Of a stretch of 32,000 nucleotides of DNA, positions 16,992 to 24,055 are shown one piece after another (position 1 is the stretch's first letter; each line of letters opens with the position of its first letter). The translations under genes were made by a program, and so were the position numbers. A model generated the notes under the pieces. It searched no databases and had not been told where the DNA came from. It saw only the letters and a program-made list of their open reading frames with translations. Origin of the DNA: Microcystis aeruginosa NIES-843 (lineage in GTDB: Bacteria; Cyanobacteriota; Cyanobacteriia; Cyanobacteriales; Microcystaceae). The stretch spans positions 3,720,001 to 3,752,000 of the forward strand of contig NC_010296.1 in the NCBI RefSeq assembly GCF_000010625.1, given 5' to 3'.

Positions 16992-17765
16992 TTATTTTGC
17001 GAGATGACTGCCCAAATAAATCCAAGGGAGTTCTAATAATTTTCGATTATATATGCTCGTAATGAAACATCTAATTGTTAACCCTTGAATACTACGGTTA
17101 AGTTGATTGATTTGAGGGTGAATCGGTCGAAAATAACGCTGAAAAACATAGTTATCTCTCTCTTGCCATGTCATAGGTTGGAAATCAGGATTAAAAGCGA
17201 GTTTTCTGGCTTCTTCTTCGAGATCGACTCGGAGTAAATCGGCTTTATTTAAACAGAGGAGAAGATGTCGAATTTTCGGACAATCTTGCTGGAAAAATTC
17301 AAGCCAACGGTCAAAACGATTACACCATTGTTGTCTGGTGATAAAGTCATCTTTGTTGACTTGACCGGTCGGTTTAATGATGTCCCGATAGGGCGGTAAA
17401 ATCAACATAATTCCTTCAGCTTTTCTGATCGTTTCGAGAAATCTTTGCCACTCATCAGGTTGATTTTTTTGCCAGTATTGTCGCCAGATTTCACCGGGGG
17501 TGTCCAACCAATCCAAGGCAATCATTTTCTCCCCTGTGGGAAGGGTGACATTAACTTCTATGTACTGCTCATTAATTCCTTCGGGGGCGATACTACCAGT
17601 TGCTTTTGGAGAGCCAAGTTCTAGATCTAAAAAGAGTCCTCTAAGAAACTGATAATCGGGATAAGTAACTTTGACATAATTTCCCTTGGGGTTAGCTAAT
17701 TCCAAGACTAGGTGAGTTTTACCTGTTTCGCGATCGCCAATATAAATAACTCCCAAGCACTCCAC
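16992..17765 (-). CDS. Small P-loop GTPase, paralog 1, with a canonical NKxD motif
   Basis: Motifs are G1 GDRETGKT, G3 DTPGE and G4 LNKAD. The track start GTG 17765 overlaps an AGGAGG (17770-17765). TTG 17756 lies 8 nt after that Shine-Dalgarno sequence and is the more likely start. Confidence 0.8.
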   Translation of the reverse strand: MECLGVIYIGDRETGKTHLVLELANPKGNYVKVTYPDYQFLRGLFLDLELGSPKATGSIAPEGINEQYIEVNVTLPTGEKMIALDWLDTPGEIWRQYWQKNQPDEWQRFLETIRKAEGIMLILPPYRDIIKPTGQVNKDDFITRQQWCNRFDRWLEFFQQDCPKIRHLLLCLNKADLLRVDLEEEARKLAFNPDFQPMTWQERDNYVFQRYFRPIHPQINQLNRSIQGLTIRCFITSIYNRKLLELPWIYLGSHLAK

Positions 17766-18092
17766 CTCCTGATCAATGAGTCCTTATTGATAATTGATAG
17801 CAACCAAACAGCGATCGTGTTTAGTTTTGGTTTTACATTACTTTCTCGTAGCGATGGCTGCTTTTTATGCAAAATTTGGGTTTATCTTAACATAAATTTA
17901 CATTCTCGATAGTACCCCGCGCCACATCCACTCTGGCTGCGATACCGAAGGCAGTCCGGGAGCGAGATCGCAATTCCCTCGACAATTCCTCACAAAAAAG
18001 AATTTTAATTATCGGTTTTTGCATAAAATGCCAGTAACCTGACGAGTAGATAAAAGGGGTAGTGATCTAGAAAATGCAAGGAGAGTTCTCCG
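17766..18092. promoter_or_regulatory. Divergent intergenic region presumed to hold promoters for the GTPase operon and the sigma/DUF1822 pair
   Basis: This 327-bp non-coding gap separates divergently oriented first genes. It contains repeated ttgata words (17786-17800) and a GC-rich patch (about 17915-17990). I could not call specific -35/-10 boxes. Confidence 0.35.
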
Positions 18093-18800
18093 ATGAGTAA
18101 CCCAGACAGCAAACTTAAGCTTCTTGAAGAAATGGCACTTTTGGCTAAAAGCTCCCCTGCAAACAGCAAGGAGAGACAAAAATGGCTAACAAAACTAACC
18201 AATGAGATTCAAAACTCTAATAAAGTGTACTGTAAAAATATCTATAATTTTCCTAAGTCTGTCTATCAGGATATTTTTCACGAAGCTCTACAGCAGACTT
18301 TTTTAGAGATTTTTGAAAAAATTGACCTGTACGACCCAAGTAAAGGTAATGTCTTGGCATGGGTAAGTTTTTTGCTCGATAAGCGATTTATCGATGCTGT
18401 CAGGGAACATTTAAAACTGCGACATAGACAAGATAATGGCAAGCGAATCAGAATTTATGAGCAATCTTTGGATGTTCCTCTCCAGTCGGAGCAATCAAGC
18501 TGGAACCATGCCCCAGATACTTCCTTGCTTGATATAATCGAGCAAACTGAATCTCTCTCCCCCCAAAAAGATTGGGAGAGATTATGGGATTTTATCCAAA
18601 AAGATCCTAGAGATTGTTTTCGGCAGACTCACATCGAAAAGCATCCGGAGGCTAATTTTCAAGCAATCTGTATAAGGCGATTTAATGGACAATCTTGGAA
18701 GGAAATGTCAACAGAATGGGGAATCTCCCTAGCAACTTTAAGCAGCTTTTATCAACGCAGCGTTGATAAATTGCAACCAATTTTTCAAGAATATCTTTAG
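18093..18800 (+). CDS. Sigma-70 family RNA polymerase sigma factor, ECF-like, with regions 2 and 4 only
   Basis: The region-2-like segment is FEKIDLYDPSKGNVLAWVSFLLDKRFIDAVREH. The region-4 HTH is CIRRFNGQSWKEMSTEWGISLATLSSFYQRSVDKLQ. AAGGAG lies 9 nt upstream of the ATG. Confidence 0.7.
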   Translation: MSNPDSKLKLLEEMALLAKSSPANSKERQKWLTKLTNEIQNSNKVYCKNIYNFPKSVYQDIFHEALQQTFLEIFEKIDLYDPSKGNVLAWVSFLLDKRFIDAVREHLKLRHRQDNGKRIRIYEQSLDVPLQSEQSSWNHAPDTSLLDIIEQTESLSPQKDWERLWDFIQKDPRDCFRQTHIEKHPEANFQAICIRRFNGQSWKEMSTEWGISLATLSSFYQRSVDKLQPIFQEYL

Positions 18801-18818
18801 AAATAGGAGACAAAAACC

Positions 18819-19733
18819 ATGATGCCACTAGCTGAACGTTTAACTTTTACAGTCCCCCTGAGCGGTGCTGATTTTAAATTAGCTCAAAAGTTTAGTTGCG
18901 AGCAGAAAGATGCCGATAAAAGTAAACAGGTTTTTCTAAATACTTTAGCTGTGCTTGCTGTTAACTTTTACTGCCAGTGTTTGAAAGTAGAAACAAATTT
19001 AGAGGAAAGCACTATCGGACATTATAATCGGCGAATTTTAATGGATAGTGCTGATTTAAAGATCGATGTTCTCGGTAAATTAGAATGTCGTCCGGTTTTG
19101 CCAAATGAAAATATCTGTTATGTCCCGTCCGAGGTATGGTCAGATCGAGTGGGTTATGTTGTGGTAGAAATTGATGAAGAAGCGAAGAAAGCTATTTTAT
19201 TTGGATTTGTCGAGCAGATAGAAACTAACGAATTACCATTAGCTCAATTACCAGATATTGACAATTTAGTTGATTTACTTCTTCTGGCTAAAAACAAACA
19301 ACTTCTCGAAAGAACTTTTGCCAAGAATTGGGATAATAATATTTCAAAGAGAATCCTTGATGCTAAACAGCAAAATTTTGTTTGCCTGAATGATCCCGCT
19401 TTACCTACAATTGATAAATCTATCACCTCTCCTCTCTATAAAGCTAAATACATTACTCTGAAAAGACGGACATTTATCCTATTTGTTAGGATAACCCCTA
19501 CAAAAGAGGGAAAGTTTCAACTTCTTGTGGAAGTTGAATCCGATAGAGGAGAAAAAATTCCATCTGATTTGAATTTGAAGCTATTATCTTTATCCGACCA
19601 AACTTTGAATGCAAGTCAAACAAAAAGAGGTAATTATATCTCTTTGAACTATAAGCTTCAATTGGGAGAGAGTTTTCAAATACAAGTGAAGCGAGCAGAT
19701 GAAAGTCACACAGAACAATTTTCTTTTGACTAA
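18819..19733 (+). CDS. DUF1822-like protein
   Basis: The sequence FTVPL...LAQKFSCEQKDADKSKQVFLNTLAVLAVNFYCQCL...LGKLECRPVLPNE..YVPSEVWSDRVGYVVVEIDE matches my memory of the DUF1822 N-terminal signature. It is preceded by an AGGAGA RBS and follows a sigma factor gene, as is typical in cyanobacteria. Confidence 0.7.
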   Translation: MMPLAERLTFTVPLSGADFKLAQKFSCEQKDADKSKQVFLNTLAVLAVNFYCQCLKVETNLEESTIGHYNRRILMDSADLKIDVLGKLECRPVLPNENICYVPSEVWSDRVGYVVVEIDEEAKKAILFGFVEQIETNELPLAQLPDIDNLVDLLLLAKNKQLLERTFAKNWDNNISKRILDAKQQNFVCLNDPALPTIDKSITSPLYKAKYITLKRRTFILFVRITPTKEGKFQLLVEVESDRGEKIPSDLNLKLLSLSDQTLNASQTKRGNYISLNYKLQLGESFQIQVKRADESHTEQFSFD

Positions 19734-19826
19734 ACTCTATTTGAACGGGATAATTTATCTAAATTTCTGATTAAAGTTTAGATAAATTGTTCAAAATTTG
19801 ATATTATATCGATGCTAAAGTAAGCT

Positions 19827-20693
19827 ATGCCAAACCAAAAAGATTTATCGGATATTCGCAATTATCTCTACGATCAAGCTGAAGTGAGATGGTGGTACAG
19901 CTTGTGGTTATCTTTATGCGCTCAAGTTTTAGCATTAATTGCGACAGTCAACAATAAATTGTGGCTTTTAGCTATTGCCGGTTTTCTTGCCTTAATCACT
20001 CCAATAGCAGTAGCATGGTTGCGAGAATGGGCTAATAACTTGACACAAAAAGCTGATAAATGTAGAAGAATGATTTTATATGCTGATAGCTTAGGAGAAG
20101 ATATTCCCAGCCATGAGTTAGCTATGGTTAGAGCTTGGACAACGGGAATTAAATTGCAACAAGCTCCTTTTACTTCTCCTTATTATTCATCTTCTCTATC
20201 TAATAGTCCACAAAGATTAATGGATATTACAACAGAATCTGCTTACTTTACTGAGTTTTTAGCGGCAAAAACGGTCAATTATTTACTGGTATTTTTAGTT
20301 ATTTCAATTTTAATTTTATCAGGAATTATTTATTTTGCAGACTTCGCAACCTCTACGGCTACAATTAGCCAAGAAAATCAAGATATGAGTGGGGTAAAGT
20401 GGGCAGTTAAGGCAGCATTAACAGCTATTTCTTTTATTCTATCTGGGGATATATTACTGCTTTGGAAAAAGTATTCAGATCTGAAATTATCTGCTCAAAG
20501 TACTTTTCAAAAATGCGCCGAACTTCGTTACGATAAATCCTTATCTATTTCTGAAGCTATGCAGGTTGTTGAGGACTATCATCTAGCGTTGATTCAGAGT
20601 CCACCGATTCCTCTAAAACTTTACCTAACCTACAGAGATCCCTTGAATCAATCTTATCAAGATAGTCATTCAATTAGTTCTAATCAACCCTAG
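19827..20693 (+). CDS. Four-TM membrane protein, possibly an S-4TM-type effector
   Basis: The 288-aa ORF has two N-terminal TM helices (WYSLWLSLCAQVLALIATV and LWLLAIAGFLALITPIAVAWL). These are followed by a helical soluble segment of about 90 aa and then two more TM helices (VNYLLVFLVISILILSGIIYF and AVKAALTAISFILSGDILLLW). The family name rests on topology and gene context only. Confidence 0.55.
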   Translation: MPNQKDLSDIRNYLYDQAEVRWWYSLWLSLCAQVLALIATVNNKLWLLAIAGFLALITPIAVAWLREWANNLTQKADKCRRMILYADSLGEDIPSHELAMVRAWTTGIKLQQAPFTSPYYSSSLSNSPQRLMDITTESAYFTEFLAAKTVNYLLVFLVISILILSGIIYFADFATSTATISQENQDMSGVKWAVKAALTAISFILSGDILLLWKKYSDLKLSAQSTFQKCAELRYDKSLSISEAMQVVEDYHLALIQSPPIPLKLYLTYRDPLNQSYQDSHSISSNQP

Positions 20694-20744
20694 TTTTTCT
20701 TGGGCAATGCCCAGCTTGCTCACAAATTATCTAATATTAAAAAC

Positions 20745-21206
20745 ATGGGAATTCCTCCTTTTAATCAGCACGGCTTTTTGCCGCCGGGAGAACATAAATT
20801 AGATAGCTGGGAAGAGCTTGTAGAAAGATTTGGAACCACTCGAAGAAGACAACGTCTTCTAGTCGGACTAAAAAGAGTATTGCTAAATCTTCAACAAGCA
20901 GGTTGCCAAAAAGTCTATCTTGATGGTAGTTTTGTGACTAAAAAGGGAAAACCCAATGATTATGATGGTTTTTGGGAAAGTGAGAAAGTAAATCCAGAAA
21001 AGCTTGATAGTATCCTGCTGGATACTTCCTTAGAAGGATGTCGAGAGCAAAAGAAAAAGTATGGAGGAGAATTATTAACCGCAGATACGAGAGCCGTAAA
21101 TGGTCAAACGATTTATGGTTATTATACAATAGATGTAGAAAGAGGAATTACTAAAGGTATTGTTTGCGTTGAGTTACAGTTAGTGGATTTACAGCTATGG
21201 TTTTGA
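20745..21206 (+). CDS. Minimal polymerase-beta-fold nucleotidyltransferase
   Basis: YLDGSFVTKKGKPNDYDGFW fits the hG[GS]-x(9-13)-DxD nucleotidyltransferase signature. ATG 20745 gives the N-terminus MGIPPFNQHGFLPPGEH. The track start TTG 20700 is less convincing. Confidence 0.55.
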   Translation: MGIPPFNQHGFLPPGEHKLDSWEELVERFGTTRRRQRLLVGLKRVLLNLQQAGCQKVYLDGSFVTKKGKPNDYDGFWESEKVNPEKLDSILLDTSLEGCREQKKKYGGELLTADTRAVNGQTIYGYYTIDVERGITKGIVCVELQLVDLQLWF

Positions 21207-21673
21207 ACGAAAAGGGATATGAACTTAGAAAAGCTCAAGCTCAAGAGTTTGAGAAAGCAATAGTAGAATTTTCTGACTATGCAATTCAACATCCTGAAAT
21301 CGATTCAAGAATCTTGAAAGCAAGGGAAAATTCTTTACGGACTTTGTTAGCGAGAATCAACACAGAACTGGCAGAATATGAAGACAAACAGCTAGAAAGT
21401 TTAGCTTTGGCTGCTAAAAATTATCCAAAAATTAGTCAGCAAAGATATAAAAGCTTAACTAAATTAACTAATAAAATTCAAGAATCTAATCAAGTACAAA
21501 ATCAAAATATATATAGTTCTTCCCTGGATATTTCTGGAATAGCATGGCAGCAAACCTTGAAGCAAGTATTTGACAAAATCGACCAATATAATCCTAATAA
21601 AGAAACGGTATCGCAGTGGTTTTTATCGCTGTTCAAGCTTCAATATCGTAAGCTGGAAAAAGAGTCTTTATAG
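21197..21673 (+). CDS. Chimeric ORF with a unique helical N-terminus fused to a partial duplicate of the sigma-factor N-terminal half
   Basis: It overlaps the nucleotidyltransferase stop (ATGGTTTTGA). Residues from about 65 to 158 (LESLALAAKNYPKISQQRYKSLTKLTNKIQESN...VFDKIDQYNPNKETVSQWFLSLF) parallel residues from about 10 to 105 of the sigma factor at 18093. The ORF stops before region 4. Confidence 0.45.
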   Translation: MVLNEKGYELRKAQAQEFEKAIVEFSDYAIQHPEIDSRILKARENSLRTLLARINTELAEYEDKQLESLALAAKNYPKISQQRYKSLTKLTNKIQESNQVQNQNIYSSSLDISGIAWQQTLKQVFDKIDQYNPNKETVSQWFLSLFKLQYRKLEKESL

Positions 21674-21678
21674 GTTTA

Positions 21679-23721
21679 TTATTCATACTGACAAGACTCA
21701 GTATATAAATCTGCAAACTTTGATTCTTTTATGTTATTTATCGATGTGTCCTGGGGATTTTTAAGCTTTTTTACCTCTAAAAGAGTATTTTCAGGAATAC
21801 CAATTCCCAAATTCTGATTAGGCAAATTAGGACTACCTAAATCAATTCCAATTAAGCAGCCATATTGATTGATAATAGAATTTCCATCCGCTTTTGGTTT
21901 AATTGTACCATCGAAGCTGTCGTAGAAAAATTTATAAGTTTGATTTTGTTGCATTGGATTTAGATCGGTAATTTTACCATCAATTAAATTGAGATTTGAA
22001 TGAGAGTCTTCTGGAGACTGTCGAGCGGCCATATAAACTTTTTCTTCTAATGCAGCCTTAGCTTTGCTCAGTTGAGCGATTTTGTATGTTTTATTGCTGT
22101 TAAAAGTCATTATAGCTAAGTGCTGACTCACCTCTGTAATAGGTCTGTAGTTTATGAAATCTTTTGATCCTTGATTAGTTAATATAACAATTTGACGATT
22201 TTCTCTGTTTTCTAATGATTTTGCGGTGGTTAGAATATAATAAGTTGTATCTTGTTGAGAATGAGATTTGTCTGCTTTCTTGTCATAAGCAAAAATAATA
22301 CCCGCAAAAAAACTAGAGCTATTTGTTTTGGGGTCATAAACCTTAATAGTTACTGTACTTTCTTGTAATACATTTTCTACTTCAGCTTTTGACGGAGGAA
22401 ATATTTTATTAATCTGTCCAGGAAGATTAAGTAATCTATTCTTGCTCAAAGTAGGAATTATTGCTAATATGAATAAACAAGACAAAAAACCTGAGCAATA
22501 TAGAAATATATTCTTTTTGAAGCGAGATTCTTTATTATTAGGCCATGTCCAAGGAGTTTTGTTGAGATTTTGTAAAAGAGCAACGACTGAAGCAGAACTT
22601 TGCCATTTTTTATCATCCTCATTATCTTCTATCTTTTCTTGAGCTTCTTTAATAGCAAAAGGTAAAAATTTATATCGAAGTAAATCGATCAACAAAACCA
22701 CTAAAAATTCTCGAGAAAAATCCAGAAAGATAGACTCTCTCATCGCAATAACTTGAGGAATTTCTGCCTCGTTAATGAGAGCTTTTGCTAACTTTAGGGA
22801 ATAGCAAGAGTCTAAAATAACTAGCTTTAAAGTTTTTATTCTTTGAATCTTAATACATTCGCAAAATTTACTATTTGTCCAATATTCATATTCACTAATT
22901 TGTATATTGTTGTCTTCTTGCCCATTGCCTTCTTCGTCGTCTGGATTATGTCCCAAGAAGTAAATAACTTCAAATTGATGCCCATTATCGACAAGTGATC
23001 TTATCTTTTGAGAACTAATTTTTTCCAAATAATGCAACTCTAACTTAATACCCAAATTATGACATATCGAAATTGATTTTTCCCAGATATTTTTTTGCTT
23101 TTGAATATTTCCTTCTGGGATATTTCCGAAAATAATCAAAACTTTCAACGCCTCATTAAACGGCCGAACATATAATTCTTGTTTAACTTTATTTTTTGGT
23201 CGTGTTATCCCAAATACAAGGCTAATTTGAGGATGCTTTTTGAGTAATTTCCAATGATGCCAAAACAGCTTTTTAATTTCCAGAATTTCAGTTTCAATGA
23301 CAAAGATTACTTTGATATCAGAGTCCAAAAATTTTTCAAGACTACTTAAGAAATTTTTCTCTATTTTTTATTCAACTTTATTAGGAACAGATTCTAACCA
23401 GTTATTTAATTCTTGGTTAAATTGTTCTAGGTTACGATCTAATTGTTTTGCACATCTATCTAAATCCTCATTTGCCGAGCCAGGATTCAGTCCTAATTGT
23501 TGAAATTGCTTATATTTACTGTTCCAATTATTATATTTATTAATCAGTTCATTAGGATAATCGAGTTTAAATTTTTCGCCGTATAAAAAATTATAAAATC
23601 GTTGAATACTCCAATCAAAGATTAACGCTCGCAATCGATTAGTTGATAAATATTTTATTTGTAGAGAACATTGAATTTTATCATTGCTCGGTTCTAAATT
23701 GAGAATAACGTATTTAATCAT
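21679..23721 (-). pseudogene. Gene for a CHAT-type (caspase-like) protease, TM helix and degenerate trypsin-like domain, interrupted by one in-frame TAA
   Basis: ORFs 23368-23721 and 21679-23328 are in the same frame. They are separated only by TAA 23368-23370 and 13 open codons (KIEKNFLSSLEKF). The CHAT His/Cys dyad context is VIYFLGHNPD ... LKLVILDSCYS. The TM segment is IFLYCSGFLSCLFILAIIPTL. The C-terminal trypsin-like fold contains YILTTAKSL and GNSIINQYGCLIGI. Confidence 0.55.
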
Positions 23722-24055
23722 GGTTCAAATTAACTAGCTAAACTCGAAAACTACTAACATAAAAAAACAACAACCTAGAAATCCCTACGTCAATGCTTTT
23801 GGCAAAATCCTGTCAGGAAAAACTAAAAATCCCAAATAAACAGGATAATAGATAATCTCCTTCAGCTTACTAAGCTGAAAATCAGGCACAGAAGTAGGCC
23901 AATTTCCTGAAAATGAGCTACGAATAACAATCAACGAAGTCGTGGCGGTTAGGGAAGTAGAAAAATAGCTCTTGGGAGGAAACTGTAAAACAGTTTTTTT
24001 GCGACTATAGCAGGTTAACTTTGCAAAAGCAAGTAAATTTTACATTTCTTAGCCT

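Noticed and set aside
17915-17990. GC-rich patch (ccgcgccacatccactctggctgcgataccgaaggcagtccgggagcgagatcgc) in an otherwise AT-rich intergenic region
   Set aside because: It could be a gene relic or a small structured RNA. I found only a weak bulged hairpin (ggctgc/gcagtcc) and could not assign any family, so I do not report it as a feature.
17712-18202. ORFs 17712-17912 (plus) and 18005-18202 (minus) in or next to the divergent intergenic region
   Set aside because: Both overlap the ends of well-supported genes and lack Shine-Dalgarno sequences. Their products are hydrophobic and low-complexity. A small regulatory peptide cannot be excluded, but nothing supports one.
20691-20744. The 4-TM ORF and the nucleotidyltransferase ORF are in the same frame and separated by a single TAG (20691-20693), suggesting a broken fusion
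   Set aside because: Sharing a frame has a 1-in-3 chance expectation. An internal ATG at 20745 gives a typical N-terminus for the nucleotidyltransferase. The intervening residues (FFLGNAQLAHKLSNIKN) look like spacer. The evidence is much weaker than for the CHAT gene split.
19244-23503. Shadow ORFs 19244-19426, 20938-21129, 21570-21764, 22442-22642 and 23297-23503
   Set aside because: They are antisense or out of frame within longer ORFs, are AT-rich and low-complexity, and have no motifs.
23980-24000. Hairpin aaactgt-aaa-acagttt followed by T4 downstream of the kinase gene
   Set aside because: The stem is 7 bp and AT-rich. The U-run is on the plus strand, whereas the adjacent genes are on the minus strand. 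That is not convincing as the kinase terminator.
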